The position numbers were made by a program, and so were the translations under genes. DNA of 63,994 bases, the filler included, from Asterionella formosa (taxonomy: Eukaryota), in the NCBI GenBank assembly GCA_002256025.1. It is 21 parts of 21 records of this genome, joined end to end, with 100 filler letters (N's around TTAATTAATTAA, not from the genome) between each part and the next. Parts side by side here need not be neighbours in the genome. Positions count along the whole stretch, not along the records: positions 48,887 to 51,830 come from NKIB01014627.1; positions 51,931 to 54,871 come from NKIB01014628.1; positions 54,972 to 57,912 come from NKIB01014629.1; positions 58,013 to 60,953 come from NKIB01014631.1; positions 61,054 to 63,994 come from NKIB01014632.1; 16 more parts are not named here. One strand, written 5' to 3'. The notes under the pieces were generated by a model. That model was not told the DNA's origin and ran no database searches. It was given only the letters and a program-made list of their open reading frames with translations. Shown here piece after piece: positions 49,289 through 61,572 of this stretch. The first letter of the stretch is position 1, and each line of letters opens with the position of its first letter.

Positions 49289-49520
49289 ACTGAGAGGGCA
49301 ATGTGGTGGCGAAATGGGTGCCAATAGCTAGGTTGTGAATTGCCTAGTTACGACCCCACTCAGTGTAATCTTGTGCACTTGACATGGGAGGCCCTCGTCG
49401 CTGGTAGACCTTGTTTTCGCAATTCCCGGGGTGCCACTCGTTTTGGCTAACGTACTCGCGAACACAAGAATACTGGTATTCTCTCAGTGCGGCAGTCTCC
49501 ACCCTCGGTCGTGTCTTGCC
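49289..49520 (+). ncRNA. Candidate structured RNA of unknown family
   Basis: Nested helices 49289-98/49479-88, 49307-20/49435-49, 49325-33/49342-50, 49355-67/49374-88 and hairpin 49491-95/49516-20. Non-canonical pairs are almost all G-U on the + strand. Confidence 0.45.
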
Positions 49521-49862
49521 TTCGCTCAGTATGAAAATACGCTGTCATGATGATGATGCGAGCGCGATCATGTGAGAAAGAAAAAGAAGCAATTTTCACA
49601 TTGACCACAGTGGTCAAGTGAAACATTTACAACTCTCTTTGGTATGATTGTAACAGTCGTATAATCTAATAGTATGTAGGAGTAGGAGGAGTAAGTATCA
49701 AGTCGCACTGTTGCATGTAAACACGACATGAGCTCTACAAAGAGGAATGTATAGATGCATTGATTGAATGAATGAATGAATGAATGAAGCAAGGCATCTT
49801 GAATAAAAGAATTAAGAACACGAACCAAGAACAGAGCGGATAAAGGACGACGACTCCACAGA

Positions 49863-51830
49863 ATGAGAAGCCATTTGAACGACAACAACCCAGAACAAGC
49901 ATGTAAAGCACCGCCACATGTGTCAAGAGTCAACAATTCTCATTCTACTAGAAAGGAACCATCGCTTCTCTCCACAATCGTCTATGTCAACAACAATGCA
50001 TCCTCGGGGACCGTGTCGGATATAACCCTAGATATTGACGACACTACAGAGAGTCCCCAAACTGTACAGCAACAACAACTACCGGTACTTACACCCACCA
50101 TTATTCGACGTCCATCGATTGCGGTACCTATTAGGTCATCGTCGTTCGGTTGGGTTCACAATCCTTGGAACAAATCAAATACTGCAAACCAAAACTATGA
50201 CATACTTGGTGAGGACTACGACAGTAGGTACAATTCGGTGTTGAAGTCGTCATCGTCATCAAGCGTTGCTCGGGATAAGTATTCCACTAATGCCACTACC
50301 GAGGAAAGGCGAGAAAAGCACGAGAGCACGCAGATGGATGTCACCACCTTGATGGAGCGCAGGGCCGATGAAACGGAAGATTTAAACGTTGTTGATTCCT
50401 GCACCGACGAAGCAGACATGTCGACACAAGCTTTGACGACACAATCAGCTGTACGCACTAACGATGAAGATATCACCAACGAAACCACTGCACTTTTACT
50501 GGGGTCCTCAGAACACGCCAATTCTTCTGGAAGAAAACTTTGGGATATAATGCGCGATCGCACTGACTCGATTTTACTACAATCACAAGAATGGTCGTCG
50601 CATCATGCTCCATCTAGCAACGTTGAAGAAAGTACGCAACAGCGTGTCGAAAGACACAAGTTACAAGCATTAAACGAGATTCGAAAGTCGGTGGGGATTG
50701 GTGCCCGTTTGTGCATGTTAGTTATAGCTACTTACTTGGGAGTTGGTGTCATTGCATATAGTCTGGTCTTTGAAAAATTTACAGTTCTGGATTCCTTGTA
50801 CTTTTCCGTCGTAACTCTCTGCACAGTCGGTTACGGTGATCTGCAACCGACCAACGAAATGTCACGTGTATTCACTTGCATATATGCGATTGGCGGTTCT
50901 GCCTTGCTTGGGATAGTCCTGGGTGTCGTGGGAAGCAACTTGATTGATGCGGAAGTACGGGCAGCCACGCGTGCTCGAGATATGAAGCAATACCAAGTAT
51001 TATCGGTTTTTAAAGAAAACCAAGATGTAGCGACAGATGAAAACAAAGTGGTAGAAGAGAAAGACGAGGAATCAAGTGAAGAGGGAAAAACGTGGTTCTT
51101 ATCACATGGTCAACGTTATTACCTTTTGCCTGCTGCTTTCGTCCTCTCGATATTGGCCTTTGTATTATCGAGGGAATCTGGGTGGAGTTTTATCGACACA
51201 ATCTATTTGTAAGTACACTCAAATGCTTGAACAATAAATTTCTGCTCTTTCCTTCTTTACTAAACTACCATCCATCCGTACCCAGCTGCGTGACTACTGC
51301 TACAACAACTGGCTTCGGGGACTTTCTTCCACCTACTCCTGTTGCTCGCTTTCTTGCCATATTTTTAATCCCACTTGCTGTCTTTATCATGGCCGGATGG
51401 GTAGCCATGTCGGCCAATGCAATTATCGAACGACGTCAGGCCACGTTTCGAAAGTCATTTCAGTCAAAAGACTTGACGATTAGGGACTTTGAAATCATGG
51501 ACACCAATAGGGATGGCAAGATTGACCGCGCCGAATTCCTGGAATTCATGTTACTAGCTATGGTTAAGGTCGACCAGAGAATTCTAGATGAATTACGATC
51601 TCAGTTTAATCGATTGGATATTGAAGGAACTGGGTGCTTGGATTGGGAAGACATGAAGGCGTTGGCGAAAAGGAGGCTGCGGTGTGGACGACGAAAGTTG
51701 GAGCTAGCATCATACAAGAGGAAACTACTGCAGGTAAAACCAAAACGACAGAGTTTGTTCCAAACGGCAACTGCGCTGATGAAAGCCAATGCATCAATGA
51801 AAGTGAACGATAGTATCAGTACTAGTAGTA
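49863..51830 (+). CDS. Two-pore (TPK/KCO-type) potassium channel with two EF-hands, intron 51209-51285, 3'-truncated
   Basis: Pore 1 TLCTVGYGD, pore 2 after splicing IYFCVTTATTTGFGD, EF-hands DTNRDGKIDRAE and DIEGTGCLDWED. GTAAGT...CAG intron restores the frame. Start codon uncertain. Confidence 0.93.
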
Positions 51831-52899
51831 NNNNNNNNNNNNNNNNNNNNNNNNNNNNNNNNNNNNNNNNNNNNTTAATTAATTAANNNNNNNNNNNNNN
51901 NNNNNNNNNNNNNNNNNNNNNNNNNNNNNNTACACAGAACAAATTCTAACTCTTAACCTAATAGCTGCACACTGGTGCATGCACTAAATCCTCAATCATA
52001 AATATAACCGAGCCTTACTTTGCCTGGAATGCTCTGCCAGTTAAGTTCTGAAATGCGCTGAACTAGTCAAAGGTAGGAATAGAAACGAAAAGAAACCCTG
52101 CAGTAGGGCCAGGAGGTTTATTCGTGACATTTCAGAAACCAGTACCAGGGTACCTAGTACCAGAGTAACAGGTACCTATAATCGTAGCTTATCATAGCTT
52201 GGAATACAAAAGAGCCGAGAAGTACCAAATTTGGAAAGCTGAATTTGGGGCAAAAAAATTTGATGTCCCAGAAGTTTGTTTTGCTTGACCACGGAACTTC
52301 TGACCCCAATTTGGTGCCAAATCAAGGCGAATGTTCCCCAATTGGTATTCAAACTTCTGGTGTGTAGATTTCTACATAATGGTCATGATGATGTATTCAG
52401 TGACATCACCTATAATACTCCCAATTGGTGCCTCCAAATTGGTCGTGCCAAATCGGTATTTCCAAATGGGTGTCACCAAATTGGTAGTAAAAGCGTTCTA
52501 TATATGGTTTTTATAATAACATATATTATTGATCAAGTAAAGCTAATAGTGAAGCAAGTTGAGAGTGTACACTGAAAACTCTAAACCAACAACAACTAGA
52601 CCAACAGGTCAGCCCACTCAATTGAGCCAGCATCTCTCAGAAATACACAATTACATTTGTGTGGAAAACTTAATATCTAATATATATATTTAGTTGCATT
52701 TGACCGCCATGGACCATGTAATATAGCAGTTAATGAATCAACTAGTCATTCTTAGTAAATGAATGCAATATTTCTTGAGGGCCAAAAAATGGAACCATAT
52801 TTTGATGTCAGAGACCGTAATTCACAGCAGAAATTTCTTCCAACACACCACAAAATGAAGCAAATCGCAGTCATCCCATTCTTAACAACGATGAAACCT

Positions 52900-53955
52900 A
52901 CAGCAAGAAAGCAGCCTCAACCATCCAAAAAGTACTATAAGATACCTAATTCTTTCGATAAGACTGTAGTTTCACTTATTATAAAATATATAGTTATGGA
53001 ATTAGAAACTTGAAAGGCAAATAACAATGGCAAACTTCCATATGTTGCAATATCGAATTTTGTTGCATCGAAGGCAGCTACACTGGCTTGGCTAAGCAAC
53101 AAAACTACTATGGTCCAGTACAATTTGCAGAAGCTAAATCAGGCGGGAAAGGCAACTAATTCACTTGTACAATTACCTGCTACTATGACACTAAATGATT
53201 CACAGTCATTGGCATAACATACCTCATCAATTTCTACCCTGACGAAAAATTCAAGTTTAAATGTCCAACTCACAAAATGCAAGAGAGACTTTCTCACCCA
53301 AAAGGATAAGCGTTGTGCTGCATTTCTTGCTGTTGAAAGGGATGACATTATTGATCTGGTGTCAAAAGCTTAGGATGAATCCTTTGCCCATATCGCTACA
53401 AACCAGAAAGCTGTCGTTGCTGAACAAGGTTGGGTCCATTGAACTACAACTTGGAGCTCCATCCGGAAAGTTAACTGACAAGTATCGAATCTGCAAACAG
53501 AAACAAACAAAAATCAACCAGTCTCTTTCATTCCCCCATCCAGACTAAACTTGAGCCAAGGCATCACTGGAACCCTTGTTGATCATGTCATAGTACAGTA
53601 TCGCAATCATGAGGATGCTAGAAACGGAATAAATCTGGACAAACTTGCCCGCCAACAAAAAGAAGCCGCAGCACTAAGGGCGATTGCAAGAAATATACGA
53701 TACACAGCTGGTCTTCATGTCGCTGCAGGCAGGTACTTCTTGTTTGGTCCTGAGGTGGTCGATGACCAGCTGAAAAGGAAGAGGCAAGCGGAAGAAGTGC
53801 AAAGTGAGCGAGTAAATAAGAAAATAGATGCACACATCATGGCGCTTGAAAACAAGGTTTATGTGATCATAACTCTAAACAAAAAGCCCACACGCAGAGT
53901 GGACAGTGGCACAAACGAAAACAATGGCAACATGGTACAAGCCAGCAGGCCATAG
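52900..53955 (+). pseudogene. pogo-like transposase remnant (N- and C-terminal parts, core missing)
   Basis: GITGTLVDHV...EDARNGIN...RYTAGLHVAAG aligns by eye with the C-terminus of 12639-13313. CCAA(A)TTGG repeats lie upstream at about 52225-52485. Confidence 0.6.
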
Positions 53956-55531
53956 AAAAATGTGTCCTCATGCATCTGCATTTTGCTCGAGATTGCTATA
54001 AGTGAAAACCAAAAAAGCCCAAAAATGTTTTTTTGAAATGTAGTTGCCAATTTTAAATTTACTACATGTGCATGATATATTATACATGGATCTGTAGCTT
54101 AGAGCAAGTCGCAGAATTGGGAAATTGAGTCAGAGAAAATCTTGGGAGTCAAAATGGCCCCGGATAAATTTGAAAAATCGATGCAACTGTTTCTGGACGG
54201 AGGGTCCAGTACTACCAGGTACCCTGAGGAGGCAGGGACAAACCTTGTACTGGAACACAAATCAAGTTGCAGTAAAGACTGAGAAAGTTTGTTTTGTTTT
54301 CCTCATACTACCGGTAGTAAAAACCGTCTTTAACCTCAACTCCCCAAGCGGCCTCTGCCGTCTTTCCTAGGACTGCCTCTTCTACTCAACCTTAGAATTA
54401 GGAAAAGTTTGGGGTCGAATAAGGCCTATTCAGATCAAACAACACAGTATTGTCTTTCAGTGGTTGAGTGAGCTTGATTTCGAAATCAGCACTGCTCTAA
54501 CTGGTCTTTCGTTTTCCACAGATATGCTTTCGATGTTAGCGGATTTGAGCAAAACAATGGTGAGTTTATTCTTTTCAATTGCCGGGGTATTTCTTTTTCA
54601 AGGGGTGTGAGAATCGGGGTTGATCCGTCGTTCACATCCCAGGCTACAGCTACCGGTACCTGATACCCTGGTACGACCGTTGGACGATCACGTTCGTATG
54701 ACGATATCTACATGATCAAATCCGAACCGGTGTACCCCAGTACTGTACCTGTTGGACGGTCGAAGACAGACAATCAAAGCTGACACCGAGCGAATGAAAG
54801 GACGAACAATGCATCATCAAGACAAGCAGAAAAAGACATGGACGAGAAGCTGTTAGAAATGGACGCAGGTTNNNNNNNNNNNNNNNNNNNNNNNNNNNNN
54901 NNNNNNNNNNNNNNNTTAATTAATTAANNNNNNNNNNNNNNNNNNNNNNNNNNNNNNNNNNNNNNNNNNNNCGGTCGCTAAGGGCTTGAATCGCAACAAG
55001 TGTCGTTCACTATATTCGTGTCTAAAACCCTAAAACCCAATGATGATGATTATGTCATTCCAGACTACCGGTACCAGTATTTCGAAGTGTACAAATGTTT
55101 GTTACCGACTAACGCAAATGCACCTACAATGCAGAATGTAGAGATGAATATAAGATGTAGCTATAGAGTCACTATAATGAAATAAGTCCAATTGTTCTAT
55201 AGCTATAGCGATAGCTATAGCTTCTATAAGACAAAGTAATCGTCACACCCGAAAATAAGTTAATGCCTTCTACTATAATACAAAGTAGTCATCAACGAAA
55301 AGAAAAGCTTCATAGCTCTATAGCTCTATAATACATTGTTGTAATTCGCCGCCTCATTGGTTTGTGAGAACGGTCTACCTGTTGTGAGATCAGACCAGAA
55401 GAAGACAATTGAACTCGAGGGCGTACCCCCGTAGGGGTTACTGGGTCCCAAACCAGTTGTTACTTGAACGATCGAGTGTGTCTTCTAAGGAAACATTTCA
55501 CAGCGAGCAAACCGAACTTGATAGAATTTCA

Positions 55532-55563
<32 letters not shown>

Positions 55564-55588
55564 TCGCTGTATTTGTTGTTTTTGTTCT

Positions 55589-57610
55589 TCATTTAGTAGT
55601 TTTGTTCAGTTCAAGTGGTGCAGACGGTACATTTACAATAGCAGTCACACTGATATCTTTCTTACAAACTTGCCTTTTGTCTTCATTGTCGGAAATGTAT
55701 TTAGCAACCTTTGTTGCAACCACACCATCTAGCATAGCCTTAATCTCCATCTTTCTTGATTTCCATGATTTGCGACAAAAGTAGCAATGTAAGACCCATA
55801 AATCGTCTCTTCGCATGTGCCATTCCTTGGCTGGTCTGTAATCCACCCAGTAGTTCGTATGTAGAGGACGAGGATGAGATGACCCCCTGTAGACTTTCGG
55901 AGCAGCAGAAACAGAGCTGGCTTTCACTTGAGGTACCATTCCGTCTCCAGGTGCATAGTAGGGATGCAGGGAGACAGTCGGCAGCCAAGTAAGCTTGAAT
56001 ACTTTCGCTGGCGATCCTTCGGCGGTATGCTCACTGAGACGAGGGGACTTCATAGTTTGTACAGCAGGGTAAGGACAAATTGACGACTTTGTACTTTTCA
56101 GCACAAACTCTGGCATCGCATTTACAAGAGCAGTCACACTGGCATCCTTCATACAAACTTGTGTTTTGCTTTCTTTGTCGGAAATGTATTTAGCAACCTT
56201 TGTTGCAACCACACCATCCAGCATTGTCTTGATCTTTGTCCTTCTTAAATTCCATGCCTCACAATCAAAGTAGCAAATCAAGAACCATACATCATCTTGT
56301 CGCATGTGACGATCTTTGGCTGGCCTGTAATCCACCCAATAGTTTGTATGTAGAGGACGAGGATGAGATGACCCCCTGTAGACTTTCGGAGCAGCAGAAA
56401 CAGAGCTGGCTTTCACTTGAGGTACCATTCCGTCTCCAGGTGCATAGTAGGGATGCAGGGAGACAGTCGGCAGCCAAGTAAGCTTGAATACTTTCGCTGG
56501 CGATCCTTCGGCGGTATGCTCACTGAGACGAGGGGACTTCATAGTTTGTACAGCAGGGTAAGGACAAATTGACGACTTTGTACTTTTCAGCACAAACTCT
56601 GGCATCGCATTTACAAGAGCAGTCACACTGGCATCCTTCATACAAACTTGTGTTTTGCTTTCTTTGTCGGAAATGTATTTAGCAACCTTTGTATCCGCTA
56701 AATTCACCCCCAACATGAGCAACACTTCAACTTTCGCCCCCAACCTGGCCCTCGACACATATGCAAACAAGTATGACAAGAACGAAGCCCTTGACAAGAC
56801 GAACACATACACAAGCACATACACAAGCACAAGCACCAACAACGTGGTCCCCGACACATATGCAAACAAGTATGACAAGAACGAAGCCCCCGACAAGATG
56901 AACACAAACAAATACCCAAGCACTTGCACCAATAACGTGGCCCTCGACACAGATGCAAACAAGTACGACAAGAACGAAGCCCTTGACAAGACGAACACAA
57001 ACAAATACCCAAGCACTTGCACCAACAACGTGGTCCCCGACACGTCCCCCAACACTTTTGCCAACCCATCCTGTGACGCATCCAGTATGTCCGTCAATGA
57101 TGGTGTTGGAAAGAACAAGATCAACTTGTCATACTGATAGTAGTTAATTGGTAACCACCAATCCAAGTTACCGGTACTCCATGTACTGTTAAAAGCAACA
57201 CATTTGATGCAATCGTGGACTCGAAGGAACATGAGCCACTTGTCATAGGCATACCGGTAGGCATAGTAGTCAAATGCATGCTCATCCCAGACATGGAGTC
57301 GTTCACTTGGTTGGTTGGTTGTTGCTGCTGCTGTCTTGATAATGCTCCTGGTAGCAGGTGGAGCACTAATAAGCAGCAACTCTGTTCCACTTGTCTTCCA
57401 GCTGAAATTCTCGGAAAGTATAATGGATTCAATGGGCGTTGCACTTCTGCACTCATGCACCCATTGCATGCCAAGCCTCTCTGCAAAGTCTTGTTGAAAA
57501 GCCACATTTTGTTCCCCGAACTTGGAGTTCGAGTAGGCATACCGTGGCGAAGACAACATTGACTTTCCTAGAAAGGACAAGGCGAAAAGTAAAAGTAAAT
57601 GTAGATTCAT
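55589..57610 (-). CDS. Unknown repeat membrane protein: signal-like N-terminus, 3 x ~31-aa hydrophobic repeats, 2+ x 163-aa repeats
   Basis: Long ORF. 489-bp repeat landmarks at 55687, 56176 and 56665. Synonymous differences between copies support coding. Likely ATG at 57610 (MNLHLLLLFALSFLG). Confidence 0.7.
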   Translation of the reverse strand: MNLHLLLLFALSFLGKSMLSSPRYAYSNSKFGEQNVAFQQDFAERLGMQWVHECRSATPIESIILSENFSWKTSGTELLLISAPPATRSIIKTAAATTNQPSERLHVWDEHAFDYYAYRYAYDKWLMFLRVHDCIKCVAFNSTWSTGNLDWWLPINYYQYDKLILFFPTPSLTDILDASQDGLAKVLGDVSGTTLLVQVLGYLFVFVLSRASFLSYLFASVSRATLLVQVLGYLFVFILSGASFLSYLFAYVSGTTLLVLVLVYVLVYVFVLSRASFLSYLFAYVSRARLGAKVEVLLMLGVNLADTKVAKYISDKESKTQVCMKDASVTALVNAMPEFVLKSTKSSICPYPAVQTMKSPRLSEHTAEGSPAKVFKLTWLPTVSLHPYYAPGDGMVPQVKASSVSAAPKVYRGSSHPRPLHTNYWVDYRPAKDRHMRQDDVWFLICYFDCEAWNLRRTKIKTMLDGVVATKVAKYISDKESKTQVCMKDASVTALVNAMPEFVLKSTKSSICPYPAVQTMKSPRLSEHTAEGSPAKVFKLTWLPTVSLHPYYAPGDGMVPQVKASSVSAAPKVYRGSSHPRPLHTNYWVDYRPAKEWHMRRDDLWVLHCYFCRKSWKSRKMEIKAMLDGVVATKVAKYISDNEDKRQVCKKDISVTAIVNVPSAPLELNKTTK

Positions 57611-58012
57611 TTTATTCGTTTCTGTTGAGCACGGAAACAGAAACAGAAACGGAAACGGAAACGCAAAGACATGGAACGACAATGGAAGAAGTGGCTGGTG
57701 TGAGCAAGCGAAATGGAATTGGAAGTGCAGTTTACTTCTCCTTCCCATGGTGATGGAAGCAGAGGAGTCGAAAGGAACGAACGATCACGAACGAGCCGAG
57801 CCGAGCCGAGCCGAGCAATTCAATTGACGTGACGAAAACTTACATTATTTGTTTGGCATAAAACACAGTTCGTCGTATTCTATGAGCAAAGCCGTGGCAA
57901 AGCAAAAATTGANNNNNNNNNNNNNNNNNNNNNNNNNNNNNNNNNNNNNNNNNNNNTTAATTAATTAANNNNNNNNNNNNNNNNNNNNNNNNNNNNNNNN
58001 NNNNNNNNNNNN

Positions 58013-58811
58013 CATCAAGGAATGCATTGTTATTACAATGCTCAGAAGTCACAGTGGATTTCATTGGTCCATGGAAGATAACAGTGACTGCACAAGCGAT
58101 TGAATTTCATGCTCCAACTTGAGTTAACACAGTCACCAATTTACTAGAAATTTCACATATCAATAATAAGACAAAAGAATATATTGCGATGAAATTTAAA
58201 AATGATTGTTTGGACGGATATCTCCGTCCAGAAGGTTGTATACATGACTATGAAGGTCAATTTACTGGTATTCCTTTCATACACATGTAAGTGTTGAATG
58301 GAATTAAAATTGGGACCATTACAGTCAAGAATCCACAAAAAAATGCTATCCGTGAACGCTTACATCAATCTATCAGTAAAAGTCTATGTACAAGTCATGT
58401 TAAAGGCTCATCCTCCAATCAAGGAAATTGCTCAGAATATTGTGGATACCAGTTTGCTGTATCATATGCAGCTCGAGCTACTATTTATAGTACATTGTGT
58501 ATTTTCACCAGGAACATGGGTTTTCCAACACGATTTGATTACAGATATGTAATTGATATTGGGATATCAATGTCAATAAGTGATAATTGACAAATGACTA
58601 CGTCGTGATAATTTCCGTCGTCGTTCTTGCGATTACAAGGTTGTTGATGAGGTTTTAATCCTATTGGATAATCCTACTACCTTGGATAACCATGGACGAG
58701 GTCCTTATTCTATTTATTCAAGTATATGCCAATGGTACAGTTACTTTTCAACAAACTATGCATACTACGGAACGAATTAATATCCATTACATCAAACCTT
58801 TTCAAAGGTAA
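58013..58811 (+). pseudogene. Degraded Gypsy integrase
   Basis: EVTVDFIGPW, TVTNLLEI, TVKNPQKNAIRERLHQSI, GPYSI...ANGTVT...TERINIHYIKPF, with stops and frameshifts. Confidence 0.9.
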
Positions 58812-58837
58812 AAGGTTTTCCCTTTGGTGTGGGAGAG

Positions 58838-59034
58838 TGAGCGATCTTGCGCATCAATACAGATGTATATAGGGTTAGTGTTATATCAAATATGTATAAG
58901 AACTCAATAATGAGAGAACTCGACTAACCCTCATTCTATACTTTGGTGTCGACTTGGAGAACGAGTTACACACAAGGATTAAGTAATAAGCTCATATATT
59001 CAACAAATACTACTACTTCTAGTTAGATACTTCA
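58838..59034 (+). mobile_element. Gypsy 3' LTR (197 bp)
   Basis: Follows the integrase end and PPT GGGAGAG, termini TGA...TCA, matches 14731-14930. Confidence 0.92.
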
Positions 59035-59716
59035 CCCAGCACCTGTCACATTCAGGTATAACGCACTCAGGTATTTACCAGTATATGTAGCCGGTACAAA
59101 AAATTGTAAACACAGGTACTGGTGTATTGTTCTTAGATCGGGGTACATGTACATACCGGTATACCTACTACAGCATAGGAGTACATAACAGTGTAATATC
59201 AAGGCTCACTGATTTTGCTCACTCATTTTCTCCAAATTACACAAGCAATACTGGCACTACATACTTTCAACCATGCTGCTCAATCTTACCAGTCCTTTTT
59301 CACTATCTTCAACACAACATCCATCATTCCACTGCCAGTTACATTTCCATTGCTTTCCCATCATCACTGCCCCTGTCTCTCAAGTCAACACTCAAGGAGC
59401 CTTATAGCTTTTTACTGATCATTTCTCAAACCACTCAATAATCATCCCTGCTGCTTTCTCATCATTTCCGGCGACTCACTCATCATCATCATCACTTGAC
59501 CTTCATCCTTCCTGTTCCATTCCCATAATTGCTCCAATACCCAGCCATCATCCCAGCTTCATTTTGCTGCTTTCCCATCATTTCCGGCGACTTTTTATGT
59601 CATTTCATAACAAGACCACACAATTCATCATTTCTGCTGCATTCCCATCATTGCTCCAGTACCCATCCCAGCCTCATTCTCCTGCTGCAGCTTTACCATC
59701 ATTTCCGGCGACTTTT

Positions 59717-60953
59717 TATGTCATTTCATAACAAGACCACACAATTTGGTAATAATGATTTTCCAATACTGATTCCCCTATGACTTCATCAAAATTAAAT
59801 CAACACACCATGTTGAGCTGCTCAATTCTTCGCCACTTAGTATAGAATAAGGTACTATCCATACATAATTAATACAACAAGAAACGTCCTCCAGATGAGG
59901 TCACCATGTCATTTCATAACAAAACCACTCAATTTGGTAATCATGGTTTACCAATATTGATTCCCCTTTTACTTCATCAATATTCAATAAACAAACCATG
60001 TTAGACGTCTCAATTCATTGCCTCATATTATAGAATAAGATAATATCAATATGTCATTCATAGAACAAGGAACATCCTCGAGATGAGGTCACTATGTCAT
60101 TTCATAACAACACCAGACCATTTGGCAATGATGGTTTCCCAAAACTGATTCTCCTATAACTTCATCAATATTCAATCAACCGACCTATTTAAACGTCTTT
60201 ATTCACTGTCCAATAGTATATAATAAGTCACTCTCAATATATAATTAATAAAACAAGGAACGTCCTCCAGATGAGGTCACTATATCATTTTATAATATAA
60301 CCACACAATTTGGTAATGATGGTTTCCCAATACTGATTCTCCTACAACTTCATCAATTTTCAATCAACACACCAAGTTGAACGTCTCCATTCATCGGCAC
60401 TGAGTATAGAATAAGGTACTATCAATATATAATGAATACAACAATGAAATAGATGATGTCACTATGTTATTTCATAAGAAAACTACACCATTTGGTAATG
60501 ATGGTTTACCAATACTGACTCCCCTATAACTTCATCAATATTCAATCAACACACCATGATGAACAGCTCAATTTATCGACACTGATTATAGAATAAGGTA
60601 CTATCAATACATAATAAATACAACAAGGAACATCCTCCAGATCATATCACTATGTAATTTTATAATAAGACCATACCGACCATACCATTTGGTAATCATG
60701 GTTTACCAATTCTGACTCCCCTATAACTGCATCAATATTCAATCAACCCACCTTGTTAAATGACTCAATTCACTGGCCCATAGTATAGAATAAGGTACTT
60801 TCAATATATAATTAATTAAACAAGGAACGTCCTCCAGATAAGGTCACTATGTCATTTCATAACAAAACCACTCAATTTGGTTATCATGGTTTACCAATAT
60901 TGATTCCCCTACAACTTCATCAATATTCAATCAACACACCATGTTGAACGTCT
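59717..60953 (-). repeat. Satellite A array, about 6.5 copies, reverse orientation
   Basis: CCTA(T/C)AAC landmark at 60153, 60341, 60523 and 60720. Preceded by ~120-bp CATCATTTCCGGCGACT repeats at about 59455-59715. Confidence 0.93.
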
Positions 60954-61053
60954 NNNNNNNNNNNNNNNNNNNNNNNNNNNNNNNNNNNNNNNNNNNNTTA
61001 ATTAATTAANNNNNNNNNNNNNNNNNNNNNNNNNNNNNNNNNNNNNNNNNNNN

Positions 61054-61572
61054 AGATGTGCCACAATGGCCTTCTCCGTTTCGGAGCAGCTACAAATAGT
61101 CTACAGCAATAAGTCAAGCAAGTACAATATAGAAAAAGAAGGAAAGGATGAGTAGCTGACAACAATTGAATTCGTAAATTCGTTAAGAAACAGCTGTTGT
61201 ATATTTTTAATATTCAATGCATGTCGCCGTATTTAATATTCAATGCATGTCGCCGTAGTGAGTCGAAATTGAGATGTGCCGCGATGGCTGTCTCCTTCTC
61301 GGAGCGGCTACAAATTTTTTTACAGCGATAACTCTAATAAGTAAAATATAGAAGAAGAATGAGAGGAGGAGCAACTGTCAACGAATGAATTCGTAAAATT
61401 GTTTAGAAACAGCTGTTGCATATTTTAACATTCAATGCATGTCGCCCTAGTAGTGAGTCAAAATTGAGATGTGCCGCAATGGCCTTCTCCTTTTCGGAGC
61501 GGCTACAAATAGTCTACAGCGATAACTCTAGCAAGTACAATATAGAAAAAGAAAGAGAGGATGAGCAGCTGT
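61054..61572 (+). repeat. Satellite B array, about 2.7 copies
   Basis: GAGATGTGCC at 61271 and 61466. Matches 24087-24387. Confidence 0.9.

Noticed and set aside
49323..49413. Loose resemblance to a cobalamin riboswitch (CCCCAC...TGTAA, CACT...GGGA, AGACCT)
   Set aside because: The conserved GGGAA and AGYCAG elements are absent and my hand-folded helices differ. An Rfam covariance search would be needed to revive it.
56655..57137. Asn/Thr/Lys-rich ORF on the + strand, and similar shadow ORFs over other genes
   Set aside because: Antisense or alternate-frame shadows of longer, better-supported ORFs.
2968..61053. Regularly spaced TTAATTAATTAA motif every ~3.05 kb, and gene clustering across it
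   Set aside because: Artificial N-padded linkers joining size-sorted contigs. ORFs ending in X-runs or LIN and any cross-linker synteny are artefacts.
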